From assembly GCF_964204645.1 (NCBI RefSeq), contig NC_134034.1, forward strand, positions 5,182,914 to 5,246,913: DNA of 64,000 bases, written 5' to 3'. The notes below the pieces were generated by a model that made no database searches, was not told the DNA's origin, and saw only the letters and a list, made by a program, of their open reading frames with translations. Made by a program: the position numbers and the translations under genes. Position 1 is the first letter of the stretch. Every line of letters begins with the position of its first letter. The DNA comes from Tubulanus polymorphus (taxonomy: Eukaryota > Animalia > Nemertea). Positions 10,341-24,078 of the stretch are shown here, one piece after another.

Positions 10341-13149
10341 CTATTCAAAATTACAGAAGAAGCACTGCCAGTCCAGTTCATCCACATCCTCCTCTGTCAG
10401 ACCCGTGAAGTCAATGTCCACGCATTTGCGGTGAAACCACCTCTCACAATCACACCCAACCCACATTCTAGGTCGATTGAAACATGTGGCATGGCCACGC
10501 AAAGCACATATATCTGGATTTAGTGCATTATCATCTCCACTATCACTGTCACTGGCAACAACAATGTAGGTTTACTTCTAGGCCTGTGTAATATTTGCTT
10601 TTTAGCTGCTCTACACTCCTTTTCTTGCTTTGCAGTCAAGCGTATTTTCTTGCGCTGCTCTTTCGCAAGCTGTTCTTTCTCGCGGGCAGCCTGTTTATCT
10701 TCTAAGTACTTAATGAATTATTGGCCTGATACAGCTTTAGGAATATCATTATTTGAATTTGGCTTTACAATGGGACCTGACGTGGAAGTGGAAGCACTTG
10801 GTGTGGGATATTTCAGAACAGTTTTAAATGCTGGTGACACATATGTTTGATAACTGCGTTTACCGCTCGGTAAGTATGTACTAGAATTACTAAGGCCTGG
10901 GGTAGGTTCAAAAGAAGTGGAAAACGAGATGGACGCGGAGGGACTGACTGATTGAGATAGGCTTGGTTGTATAATTTATGTACTACTATCAGATAGGTAC
11001 AGTGTTGGATATCGATGAACTGGTCGATCTAGACGGTGTAGGCCTACATGTTTTAGTTGTTTCAGTGGGCTTTGGTTTTGTTATACATGTAGATGTAACA
11101 GCCGAGGGTGTGTCATAGGCAGTTTGATGTAGGGATTTCCAGGTATGGTAAAGATCACCACCCTCTACGTTATACCCTCTTCCAAACGCTTCCGATAAAG
11201 TAAGACTATTATATTTAACATACCCCCTGCTTTCAGTGCGTTCAATGCTAGCAAGCTCGGATTATGATTAGATGTACTGTTGGGAACTGATGAAGTAGCT
11301 TTATGGAAAACTTTACCGGGTGCAAGTTTACTGTAATCAACAGCGTCTTGATCAAATTGACAGAGACCACAAGCCCGGAAACCATTGATAGCAGTATTTG
11401 TTGAAGTTGTTACACTGTTCCATGCTGTACTAAAAACACGTGAAAATGTTTTCTTGATAACATTTTGGCCAATTTCAATCTGGAAAGCCCGGACAGCAGC
11501 CCGCCATTGTTTTTTTTTTCAATGGTCCATAAAGAGCTACATCGCATGGTTGTACCAAGTGGCTGGAGTGTGCAGGGAGACAATACAATATGATACCATT
11601 ATCCCGACAATATTTGGCTACCTCCAAACCGATATGTTTGCTATGGCCATCTACAAATAAAGTAACTGGCTTGTTTATCTTGTTTTGTGTAATGTATGTA
11701 TCGAAGTGGTTAGCGATATACTCATAGCAAACTTCCGTGTCAATCTACCCATTACCAGATCGACCAAATCAACTCCCATCTGGAGCACCTTCCAGTGGGT
11801 TATAATTAAACCGTACACCTGGGAAAATTATCATGGGTGGCAGGTACAGCCCCGAAGCACTAATATTTCCCGTGACCGTTATCTGGGTTTTCTGGCCTGA
11901 TGCGATCGAATATAGGCCTACATGCTTTGCCCCGGTTTGGGCTAGAATTCTACCGGATTGAATACATTAAGGGAAGCCATTTTCGTCGGCATTCCAAACG
12001 CGCTCCGGATTTTTTAAAATATCAATTCCCTGGGGAATTGTATTTTGAACAAAGAGATTCAAGTCTGAAAACCACATTTTAATTTTCTCCAGTGTAACTA
12101 CTGCTCGCTCTTTGCCAATATTTTCGGACACTCTCCGACAAGTCGCGGTGACGACGTTTTAAAGAGCGCTCACCAATCTTTACCAGGCCGGTTGTTTTTA
12201 AATGGGCTAGGCCGATGATCCCTATCAATGATGGTCTTGACGATATCAAATAACTCGCTTTTCGTTCGTCCGTAACCGATCGTTGCCATTTCTTTTAGCC
12301 ATTGAACTAAATGCTCTTCTTCCGCAGTTGTGAGAACAGTAGACGGCCCTGGCCAAACTACAGGTAAACGCTCTGAAATCAATATCAGAAAAAAAACTTG
12401 TGGAACTACGTTTGCCTCATCCAAGAATTTGTCTTTTGAAAGATGTAGGCCTAAATAATGTTAATAAAGTTACTGTGATACATAAAAGTCAATACCTTAT
12501 GAAATATAAACATTGGAGATATTTTGTAATATTAGATTTTAACGTGCGTTATTTGTAATTTTACTCATTTTTTGTTTAAAGCTGCTGTATAGTCGATCAT
12601 GACAAAATATAACATATTCAGTGTGATTAAGGTAAGGTGATGAGTGCTTGAACAAAAACCTCGAAAATGCGATAAAACCAAGAAACCTTAATAGAATAGT
12701 AAACTGGAATTTCAAACACAGAAATGTCGCTAATTCTTGAATATGAGAATTTATTTTTTCAAAACAACAATTCACGTAATTAAAACAACAATTCACGTAA
12801 TTAATGAAACAACGAAATAGAAAATCAATTTGGTGAAGTAAGAATGATTTCCATGAAGGAAGATAATCCTAAGACAGATAGGAAATCCAAAGGTAAGTTT
12901 AGATTTATAAATTGTTAAACTTAGGAAGTAATTTTGCTTGACCAAATGATTACACAAATACGTAGTTCTCAGCTTCATATTTTACCATTAACTCTATCCC
13001 AAAGTGTAGCCCGCGGGATTCCATACTGTTCTTTGGTTTGGTTGTATTAAATCTTTTTTTTGCGGATCAAGATCGACGCATTTTTGCAGAGTCTCTGTCG
13101 GATAATTCTTTGTTGGGCCTCTCTTTTTCTTCAAATTTACACGCAACAT
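10341..13149 (-). pseudogene. pogo-family (DD35D) transposase with C-terminal PHD finger, decayed
   Basis: Exon 1 MLRVNLKKKRG...QYGIPRATLWDRVNGK (psq HTH). CENP-B HTH at 12170-12370. VWNADENG, FVDGHSKH and QPCDVALYGPLK (DD35D). C-terminal WVGCDCERWFHRKC...WQCFFC PHD with stop at 10341-10343. Several stops and frameshifts. Confidence 0.9.
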
Positions 13150-14898
13150 CTTCACGAAAAAGCAAATAAAATGCTATTGTATTTCCTTGTTATTGTAAGG
13201 CCTATCTATAGGTCTACCAGCGAGAGAGTGTCCAAAAATACATTATACGCCACCTATGCTTGCTAAATAATCTTATTTTTTTACGACAAAACTGTTTACA
13301 AACTTGTTATAATAAGATATTTAGAATGTAAAAGTTATAATATGGCCCCTCGTTAAGTGGCCGAGATCTCACGCACAGCTGTCATTCCATGAGTCAAATC
13401 TAGGCCACGCCCCCAGCCACTAGCAGACAATTCTGACCGCCGAGTACATATGTTTATCGTGTAAATAACCACCAATCAAACCATTTTAAAGCCCTAAACT
13501 CATATTTAAATGACCTACAAGGTGTCCTCATTCATTTTGTGATGTATGTTTTTTTATCCACCATCACAATATGGCGGATTTTAAAGAAAAGAACTGAAAA
13601 TCTTACCTTTGATTCCAATACGCAATTTTGAATATGGCGGGGGACAATCCAACATTCAACTAAGATCCATTTCTAAAATGCAAACTACAACATGAAACGA
13701 CGAAAAAAATATTAAAACTTCTCGAGCAGGCCGAGATTTGACCGTGACTGAGATTACCCTCCGAGATTTTCTTATTATAAACATAAACCTGTGATTTGGA
13801 TATGACTGCCAGTGATATGTGAATTGCTCTTTCAAAAGGAGGTCAAGAATATACGTATGGGAACAAATATACCAACCAACAGTCACATGACATTGTCTTA
13901 GTATGATAAGGTATGTTGTCATGGTAACATGAATATATTGTAACCATGACAACATACAGTTTCCAAGGGTATATTTCCCTAGCAACCACACCTGGAATTG
14001 TGCAAAAAATCCGGTTTTGACGGGTACTTTTGGAAATAACGTTTACAAATGAGTATCAGAACTTTATAAGCAGTTGCTAGGACTTAAATACATTGTTTCC
14101 TTCACAACTCACTGTAACCAAGGATGTGTTTCCCTAGCAACCGCACCTGAAATTGCGCAAAAATGCTTTTTTGTGGAAACTTAATAAATGAGCGCATGAA
14201 TGTTAAATCCAGTTACTCAAGAGAAACGATATTGTAACCTTGGCAACAATGTGTAACTAAGGATGTGTTTCACTAGCAACTTCAGCTAAATCAGTGTAAA
14301 AATTGTTGTTTAGGTGAGAAAAACATTTCTCGATGAGTATGGGAATTTTACATAGACAGTTACCAGAACTAAAAGAAAATTCAAATGCAGAATGGTTATA
14401 AAAGATAAAAGAAATCTTAATTAATGAAAAACTGGAAACATAAAATAACATCAACTTCAATGTGAATAGTCTCTCACCTGACCATATATTATCCAAATTA
14501 ATCCAAAAGTTATCCAATAAATGTTTCACATAATAAGTCATATGAAGGTTGAATGTACGAATTTTGAAGGGCGAAATAATCATTAATTGGGACTTAGAAA
14601 AAGTTCACGCACAATTTTAACGTCATAAGATGCGCGAATAATTTTGCAAAACGGAAAAACGAACACGAAATCCAGACTGCAGCAATCGATAAGGTAAACA
14701 TCTGGGGCTGGTTGCTCAAAGGTTGTTTAAGTCTTAAACAGTCGTTAAATTGCTAAACGAGTCGTTAAAAATTAAACAGTCGTTATTTCCGGTTGCTCAA
14801 AGATTTAACGGTCGGTTAAATCACTTGAACGACCGTTATAGTTAAACGGTCCAAGGTAGGTTGTTTATCTCACCTAACGACTCGTTAAATCAACAAAA

Positions 14899-16500
14899 AT
14901 GGCCGACGACATAGGTTGCTTTCTTCCAAATTTTCAAAATGAAAGACATTTTAGACATAATTTCGAGCAATATGGGGAATTCACTGATGATCAATTGCGG
15001 CAAAGATTCAGATTTGGTCGGCATGGTCTGGAATTCATCAAAAACCTAGTCGGAGACGATATGAACAGGGCAACTCACCGTAATCATTCAATTAGTGTTT
15101 CAAACCAGATTCTGATAGGACTCCGATTTCTCGCCTGCGGTTCATTCTTGGAAGTGGTTGGTGATGGTTTTGGTGTGCATAAGAGTACAGTTTCACGTAT
15201 TGTACAGCGGTTCGTAAATAGTATTTGCGAACACGCCGATGAATTCATTAAATGGCCGGCAGTCGACGATTTGAATGACCTGAAGAGAGGCTTTTATGAT
15301 CTGGCCGGATTTCCGAACGTTGTTGGTGCCGTCGACTGTACGCACATTCGCATTCAGGCTCCAACAGAAAATGAGCCAGCTTTCGTCAACAGAAAGAGCT
15401 TTCATAGCATCAATGTTCAGGCAATATGTGATCACAAAGGTAAAATATTATTCCCAGTTAATGTTTTGTTTCTCCCGTAATTTATATATTTCCGGGTACT
15501 TGCGACTAGATGCAGCAAGCGACAGTTTTATCTCAGTCTTAGCATTACAGTAGAAGGCGCTACTATACAGTCCCTAATCTTCCCGCTTCAATACTGGTTC
15601 GAATCCCAAGATAGGTCTACCATCATGAAGCATACCCTACTTATGTTTGTGTCAAACTTAACCCTCAGTCATTATACGTAAAAAATGTCTATTAGTAGGC
15701 CAATTGATCACGCTGTTTTTCTTCTTTCCAGCAAGATTTACCAACATCATTGCAAAATGGCCTGGATCGACTCATGATAGTCATATATTCCGATCATCTC
15801 CAATCAGCTGGTATGAATGTCTCCGTCTCACTTGAACTATGTGTTCGCCCTCCCTTGTTTCTGTAATTTATGAACTATAAAAATAACCTTTTCACAGAGA
15901 TCAATTCTTGCATATTCTAAAGTGTTACGTTATTGGTAAAACCAGAAGGAAAATAATTTTCCCATGAGTCGAAATATAAGAAAAAGTCCATTTGACTGAG
16001 AATTGCTATCAATCATTGGAATCTTTTCTTATTGAAGCTTAGAACCATTCACCATCTATAACTCACAACTTGATTTAGGGATGACTGATTTTTTCTTTCC
16101 TAGATATTTGGAAGCACATCCAGAATATGATGGCATCATTTTAGGAGATAGTGGATATGCGTGCCGGAGGTTTCTGCTTACTCCGTTTTTACATCCGCAC
16201 TCAAGGGCAGAGAGAAGGTACAACGGCTCTCATAAAAGTACCAGAAGCATCATAGAAAGGGCTTTTGGAATCTTTAAACGCCGATTCCACATTCTACACG
16301 GAGAAATAAGAATGATACCCGGACGTGTCTGTAAGATCGTTTTGTGCTGTGCCATACTACACAACATAGCTATACAGTTGAATGAACCAGAGCCCGCAGA
16401 TGTCGTCGACGAAATGGAGTTTGGTGACGTCTTTGCACCACCAAATGTTGATGGCGTGGCATTCATAGCCAGATTTGCGACCAGGCATTTCAATGACTAA
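14899..16500 (+). CDS. Harbinger (HARBI1-like) DDE transposase, 3 exons (14899-15439, 15732-15810, 16104-16500); probably inactivated by a junction stop
   Basis: [32 protein letters not shown] and IERAFG (35 aa between D2 and E). GT-AG introns. The exon 2/3 junction creates TG|A. Confidence 0.88.
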
Positions 16501-16607
16501 AATCAATCTAATCATGGGAACAATTTTTAATAAAATTGAAAAAAACATTAAATCATACGTTGTATTGGATAATTATAAACATGAAACGGAATCTTTAAAT
16601 CATTCTT

Positions 16608-19600
16608 CTAATTTCCTAATTTCAAGATTTTCAATTTTTGTTTTTTGAGTTCTGCCACTTCTTTCTGGACAACCAGCAACTCGCACTGAAGCTGCAATCG
16701 GTCATCAGTGGTAAACTTCCTCCGTTTTGGCAGTTTTGCTACTACTGACTCCGGCAGCGTAGGTGTCAGCTTCTCTTGCTCCTCTATAACTTTCGGCTCT
16801 GGTTCCGAATTGCTGTCTATCAGCGATTGTAATTCATAAGCATCTGAAAATGAGAAATCAACCCAATGAGTAAGATGAGGTAATAAAAAGCTGATTGACA
16901 TAGAATTGAATTGGACCGAGCCAAATTCCAAATCCGTAACCGCAATTTAGGTACACCCTCCACTAGTAGTTTTAGGTTCTTCTTGAACTTTGCTGTACAT
17001 GACTGTCATGTTGCCTAAGTTAACAGTTAATATGTCAAAGTCGAAACTTGGTGAAGCGCACAGCCAGAGTTTTATTTATTGATTTAAATAGAGGCGAGTT
17101 CCCTTTTCGGCAACTTATATAGAATTCTACGTTGCAAAAAAATCACCCAACATATGATAGACTCGAGCGAATTAAGGGACCCGTGATTAAAAAAGAAAAA
17201 AAATCATTTTCTGCGAAAAACAACGTGGGAGTTTGGGAATTTTGATTACATATTGAGAGCCTATTGTTTTATCGATTACACGAGAATAAATTTTTCTGTA
17301 GTTAAAAAACGTAAGATTTCTACATTAAATCTCATGGCTTCAATAGTTTTACATGTATATGTTTTACACTAAAGATTTGTTCCCAAGTATTACAACGGGT
17401 TGCATGGGTACGGAATTAATGGAACAACGGTATATTAAATACGGATTATAGCGAATTTTACTCGAAACGGGAAAGGGGATAACGTTTGAAAAACGGGAGT
17501 AAAAACACATGAAGATACGATATGTTAAAAACGTGCGACATTTTACTCCCAGGGATTGGCAAAATTTTGAGTTAATTATTCAGTACTTGTGTGGAGCGGG
17601 ACGGTCATTTTGTAACACGCGGACCGCGCGCGCGCGTTATTCTCCGGGACTCGACCCTTAGTGATGCTGTGAAACCGACATTCGACCCGTTGCTAAGGGA
17701 CTGTGCTTTTTGTGGGATTCGAATCCAGTCTTCCAATCGGTTTCTACGGAGAAATACGAACTAAAAATACTATTTTTTGACAATATTTTGTGAATATTCT
17801 TTGTAAATATTCTGAAAATTACACAAAATCATTTTGTTATCCTTAATTCACGTATTTAAACTACCCGCGCGACGCGGCCCGCAAGTTTCGACGAAAGTCC
17901 GTCCGTGACCGTCATTTTCGTCGCCGCGATTTAGCCAATGCCCATGTGTCCCGGATGTAAACTACACTTTTTGAGAAGGACGGTATGGGTCTGACTATTT
18001 CAGATGGCTGGGAGTCACCTTCATTTCGCTCAACGAATTATACATTTAGACTTCACCTACGATGTAACGTAGCCCAATACACTGGGTTCGAATCCCGTAA
18101 ATCGTTCCACGAACTCGGTCCTTCAGCGCAATTCGTTCAAACAAAATTCCCATTTTTTGTCTGAATGAAATTCAAATTAATGACCAATAGAAACTTATTT
18201 CCAATCAGGAGATCGGCTATCCAAAAGGAAATTCCTTAAAAAGTCCTCCCAAATTACATCAACTTGAAGAAAAATATAAACTAAAACCATAAACATATAT
18301 GTACCATACAAACTTTTTTATTTCACAAATTTCTAAATTTGAATAAACACCACATTGTTCTGATATAAATCACACACACTTAAAATTTGAATATACATGT
18401 ACATAGTTCTGATTGACTTAAAAAAATTGGATTACAACACGGCCTTACAGCATTTTAATAGTGCATACGGTGCAGATGATGTTAGGTGACATTGAGTACA
18501 ATATGGTGAATATTACATGTCATTGATATAAAAATATGGTGATTGTCAAACATTTCTCTACAACGATCGGGTTACTAAGATATGAAAAATTATTATGTGT
18601 AAAAAGTTAAAAAGCCAACCAAAATGGCCAAATTAGCTCACCTGTTGCACCTATACCCCCACCAAAAATATGTTTTGGTATTAAGTCCATTCAAGTCAAG
18701 CATTTATAAAATTAAAAATATAACCAGAAAATTATAGTTTAAGTAGGCTAGGCCAAGCAAAACTGGCAGCTTGTCAAAGCGGCATCATAGGGGGGGGGGG
18801 GGGCGATGAAGCATCTGCCCCCCATAATTTTGGTTACGACCAAATTTTTGTAATGATCACCATTAGGCTATATATTGTGATTTCGCTGAAATGAAATGAA
18901 GTGGTTTGCCCCAATAATATCTGTAATTCCGGTGACGCGCGCCTGCATTAGCCTGTATTAGCCTATAGGCATACGATCATATCGAAAAACAGTACAGTAA
19001 GGCTTATTCGTACTGGTGTATATATGCTGTTTGCGAGGCCATATGTCAACACGACAAGTGTTTTCTTAACACAACACTCATCAGCTTATAAGTTATTATA
19101 CTGTACTATAGGCCTATATAGATAGAACAGAAAACTATTAACAAGACTAGAGTCAGAGAAACAAAGATAAACATACCACCACTATATTCAGAGAACTTAT
19201 CCTTCCACCAGACGCACCACTTAGTTCTTGACTTCAATTCGGGTTCATTGATGAGTGCTGAAACCGCCATAAAATCATGACAATCATGACAAGAATAAGA
19301 CGGATCGGAAGATGAAGTTGAATCGTCCGCCATTTTAGGTACGTAGGTAAAGTCTAAATGTATAATTTGCAGACCGAAATGAAGGTGACTCCCAGCCATC
19401 TGAAATAGTCAGACCCGGACGGTATGGAGAAATATAGAAAATTTGAATTTGCCTCATACGCGCGATTAACTTAAGGAGCTTCAAGCTCGCGCCTTCGGCG
19501 CTCGCTGTGCGCTTATAATGGCCGGAATCTAGCATTGATTTTCATATCAGACATTGAGAAAGTATGTAAAGGTAAGCATTTAAATAATCAGTAAGTCCAG

Positions 19601-20249
19601 AGGGCTTTAATTAGCTCTTATAGGCCTATGTGCGAACTAAATCACAGTCACTAGAAGCCGGTCTGAAGGTCGTTGGCTAGAAACCAAAACAAAAGCAGAC
19701 GATTGAAAATATGTTACCAAATTAGACCCAAAAATCATTAAAAGCCCTTTTAATAGTATTTGAATAAAATGATACACGATAGAGTAACTCACCAATAGTT
19801 GTTAAATCGCTCAAAAAGGTAGTTTCCACACCACCTTCTATTCCAAAAAAGGATGGATTCCCTCGCTCTTCTTGGATGGCAATAATCTCGTTGATAACTG
19901 GTGCTGGCTGAGTAGGTACAGGTCCTCCTCCAGTTTTTCGGCTCTCCCGCTGATAGCCTCCTACTGTGGCCTTGGCAGTTACACAAAGCTGCCGCCACTT
20001 TTCCTTTACAGCAGCAGGTGTCCTCTCACAAATTCCAAGAGAACTCACCGACTTACTTATCTCCACCCACTTATCATGTTTTTTCCGATTTGTAACACTG
20101 TTAGTGAAGCTGCTGGTCAATAAATCGTAGTTTTCTCTCACTAGGCTAGTTAACAGATCGATTTCTTTTACACTGAAGTTAGTTTTTCTTTTATTTCTAA
20201 TGTTTTGTTGAGCAGGTTTAACTGACACAGATTCCATGTTTGCAGCCAT
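16608..20249 (-). CDS. Harbinger Myb/SANT-like DNA-binding protein, exons 19793-20249 and 16608-16843
   Basis: RKTNFSVKEIDLL...KWVEIS...RTPAAVKEKWRQL...KTGGGP. Phase-1 donor (G|GTGAG) and acceptor (TTTCAG|AT) join to a coiled-coil C-terminal exon. Confidence 0.85.
17987..19416 (-). mobile_element. Mutator-type deletion derivative inside the Harbinger Myb intron
   Basis: TIRs of about 75 bp (GGGTCTGACTATTTCAGATGGCTGGGAGTCACC...). 9-bp TSD GGACGGTAT at 17978-17986 and 19417-19425. A residual ORF start (MADDSTSS...) reads inward from the right TIR. Confidence 0.88.
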
Positions 20250-21442
20250 TTTGATTTTGAAAATGAGGCTAAACACTGTTTAGGACTTAACTACTAGTTA
20301 AAAAAAAGATAACGACTCGTTAGTTAACCAAAGGCTTAAACAGTCTTTGAGCAACCGATCTAAACAGTCGTTAAACGAGTGTTTAAGTAACAACTCGTTA
20401 GGGATTTTAACCAGTCGTTAGTCTTAACGACTGGTTAAAATTAAACAACCTTTGAGCAACCGGCCCCTGCAATTTAAGCAAATCCGTTGATATATAGTCA
20501 CTGATTATTTCGTCGATAGTCATATAATATTCCTGGTCATCGGTTTCATACTTCAGTTTAAATTAATTGTCAATCGGATCAAGAATTTCTCCTTCAAATT
20601 GCCGACGCATGTTTTCTTCAGTCCAGAAGTGTCGTATCGAAATCCCAACGAGAACATATGGATCTTTCATTATTTCGTGAATGTCTTTTTATTTAGATGA
20701 GACATCTGTATTCAAAAGTTCGATGAGGTAGGATTTTATTTTATCAAATGATGCCTTAGACACAAGAACTTTGTTGTTTGTCGTGACGTTGAGTCTAGCA
20801 ATTTTTGATTTTTATTCCTGTCTGTGGAACAAATTCAGTGAAAAAACAAGCAAAAAAATGTTTTCACCTCCGCCGAATGAGAATCCTGGATTGAATGATG
20901 AAAAAATTGAAAAACGCGAGGTTCTTTTTTGATCACAGTGTGCAGAATTTTCCAAGAATCATTTGTTTGGAAATATGTATATTGCCCTATCAACAGTTCC
21001 CTCTTCCTTCAAAAAGTGATTATATCTCACTGAGGGAATTTTTTTTATTTGATATTTTAATGTGTAATTTTTAGGTGTACCCCGTAAACCAAACTATTAA
21101 CCCATTAGCACTCAAGCCGACAGTATCCGCCCGACACTTTTTTCGTATGCTGTCATACCACGTGCCGAGCTTTTTTTGAGGGCAGGTTACATTTTCCCTG
21201 CTATATCTTCTGAACTTGAAATACGTATGAACACTGTCATTCCACATTCTGGGATTTGGAGTGAATCACTCCAATTTATTTCACACCGATTTCGAGAATT
21301 ATTATATTAAACCAAACAAAAATAGCAACTCTTTATATCCATATGGCTGTTTTTTGAAAATTTATTATGCACAAAAAACCACATCATTTCTAATACTTTT
21401 ACTAAAATTCCATACTCTAACACTTGATGAAACAAACTCCAG

Positions 21443-23643
21443 AGCCCGGTTTTATTGACTGGTATTATCTTTAACTCAGGGGCTAACTTAATTCAATAAT
21501 TGTCTGAAAGAAGCAAAAAAAATATACTATATTCGAAAGTTCGAGGAATCGGCAAATGATCATAAGCAAACTTGGAAAACTATTAACTCTTGTGTGAATA
21601 AACAAAATACCAAAAATGAATATCCTGAGAAATTCAAAGATGTAGACGGGTTCTTAACAAATAATCAAGAAATCGCTGAACGATTTAATAATTTTTTTTA
21701 TAAATGTTGGTCCATGCTTGGCCAATGAAATACCTTTCACGGAAACAAAATTTGATTCTTTTTTAACCAACAGAATTTTCGAGAGTGCATTTTTAGTTCC
21801 AGTAACTACGAAAGAAATCGAAATGATTGTGAAGAACTTCAAATCCAAACATAGCTGCGGAATTGATGATATTAGTCAGAAAATCGTCAAAAACGTAATT
21901 GAAATTATATCAACTCCTCTAATGCATATTTTCAACTGTAGCTTTAACTCCGGAAAAATACCGGAGAGTATGAAAATGTCTGTTATCATCCCTATACATA
22001 AAAAGGATGATAAAGAACTATTCAACAATTATAGGCCCATATCTATACTACCCTGTATTTAAAAAATCCTGGAAAAAATAATGTACAACCGTATCAATGG
22101 TTTTCTACATCGACACAAAGTGTTAAGTGATTCTCAATTTGGTTTTCGCCGAAACCATTCAACGGCAATGGCATTAACTTTTATAACTAATAAGATTATC
22201 GAAACGCTAGTTAGAGGAGAAACAACAGTTGGTATATTTCTAGATTTATCTAAAGCGTTTGATACGATTGACCACAAAATTATGTTATCCAAACTAGAAC
22301 ATTATGGCATTAGAGGAAGTGCTCTATTAAGGTTTCAAAACTACTTAACTAATAGGCAGCAGTCTGTAAAATATAAAGATTGTATTTCTACCCCAAGAAC
22401 TATAAGCTGTGGAATACCATAGGGCTCTATACTAGGACCCTTAGTATTCATTCTTTACATAAATGATTGTACAAATGCTTCAGAAATTTTTAGATTTATC
22501 ATGTTCGCGGATGATACCAACACTTTTGCTAGTCATAGTAACCCTGATATCCTTGAAAATATTGTGAATCAAGAATTAGGAAAGCTATTCATCTGGTTCT
22601 GTGCAAACAAATTATCACTTAATCTATTAAAAACACATTATCTTATATTCAGCAGAGCTAGAAAAAAACCTGACTTACATGTTTCTTTAAATGGTAACAT
22701 CTTAAAAAAACTGCCTTACTCCAAATTTCTAGGTGTATATATTGACGAGGATCTCAATTGGAAACCACATATCCAGCAAACTTCTCAAAAAATCTCGAAA
22801 CATGTTGGTATCATCCGCAGACTGGCAACATACTTGCCCACGAAGATTCTTATTGAACTATACTATACTATGATTTATCCACATATATACTGTTGTAATA
22901 TTGTGTGGGGAAACCACCACACTAACTTAAATAGGATTGTTCTTCAAAAAAAGGTAATCAGAACTATAATTAAAACCCACTACTTAGCACATACTAGCCA
23001 TTATTTAAAGATTTAAATATTCTAAAAGCAGATGACGTTAACAAATTACAAGTTGCCCAATTTATGTACATGTATGTATCAAACCTTTTACCAGATGTAT
23101 TCAATGGCTTCTTCGAGTTAAACAGAAATCGCAGAACCCGCCACACAAACTATTTTTTACTACCCTTATGCCGAAATAACTTTAGCCGAAATTTCCTTAG
23201 TTACAATGGCCCAAAACTTTGGAATGAAATGAGTAATATTTTCAAATCATCACCTTCCCTAGAGATCTTTAAGTCAGCTTATAAGAAATTCATAATTAGT
23301 AATTATTAATCATTATTAAGAAAAAAACCCCAATGAATTAATCAAACAATGTAACTGTACCTATATCATCTTACTATTATATACCTATTTTTGTATGCCT
23401 GTAGCAGTAGAAAATCATGTGTGAATGCGAAAGTATGAATGTGTGGGTGAGAGTGAAGTGTGTATTTGGGTACCTGTTGCTACAAGTGAAAACTTTTAAC
23501 AGGTTCACCCTGCTAATATATGTTAAAAAAAATTATGTAATTTATATTTAATTCATGTTTATTAGCAAAATAAAGAATGAATATAATTAATTTTCAATTG
23601 AGTTAACCCCCGGGTTAAAGTTGATAGTCTATAAAACCGGGCC
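21443..23643. mobile_element. Small palindromic Harbinger-type MITE interrupted by a LINE
   Basis: CAG|AGCCCGGTTTTATTGACT...TTTAACTCAGGGGCTAAC on the left and GTTAACCCCCGGGTTAAA...AGTCTATAAAACCGGGCC|CAG on the right; 3-bp CAG TSD. Confidence 0.75.
21490..23580 (+). pseudogene. 5'-truncated LINE (CR1/L2/Crack group) reverse transcriptase with 3' UTR
   Basis: NYRPISIL, QFGFR, FLDLSKAFDT, GIP*GSILGP, FADDT and KFLGVYID, with in-frame stops at 22060-22062 and 22420-22422. 3' UTR stem-loop GGGTACCTGTT...AACAGGTTCACCC (about 23468-23510) and AATAAA near 23570. Confidence 0.92.
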
Positions 23644-24078
23644 CAGAGGTTAAAATTATCAAAATCCAATACTGTTATCTATTTAAGTAACTATAATACT
23701 GAGAACATTTTGACTGATAATCCTGTAAACAGGAGGGGTACTTACGTCTAAAGAACATATTAAACAATTTCGGAATTAAACACTATAATTTCAAAAAGCG
23801 AAAATAAAACTGGAGGCCAAAGTACCTCCAGCCAATACTGTTTTTCATTTGAAGAATACTGGGAGCAGTTTCAACTATAATGCTGTAAACACATTACGAT
23901 TTCAAAAAGGAAACATGAACATTCATTTTTACATAATAACAATAACATAGAAATTGAATATTTTCAATATGGCTTATTTCTAAGCAAATCATTTACCTGG
24001 ACAACTATTTTCTATGAATATTCAATTGGCCAACTATATGATTCCTGTGGTACCCGTGAATCATACAAGAGCAGCGAC

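Larger units (their letters stand above)
14705..20466 (+). mobile_element. Complete PIF/Harbinger transposon
   Basis: TIR GGGC(T/C)GGTTGCTCAAAGGTTGTTTAA. 3-bp TSD CTG at 14702-14704 and 20467-20469. Convergent transposase and Myb genes; palindromic subterminal TAAC-N5-GTTA repeats. Confidence 0.95.

Noticed and set aside
17171-19474. TTAA-flanked Kolobok/piggyBac-like outer element in the Harbinger intron
   Set aside because: The two ends are not inverted repeats of each other; boundaries unsupported.
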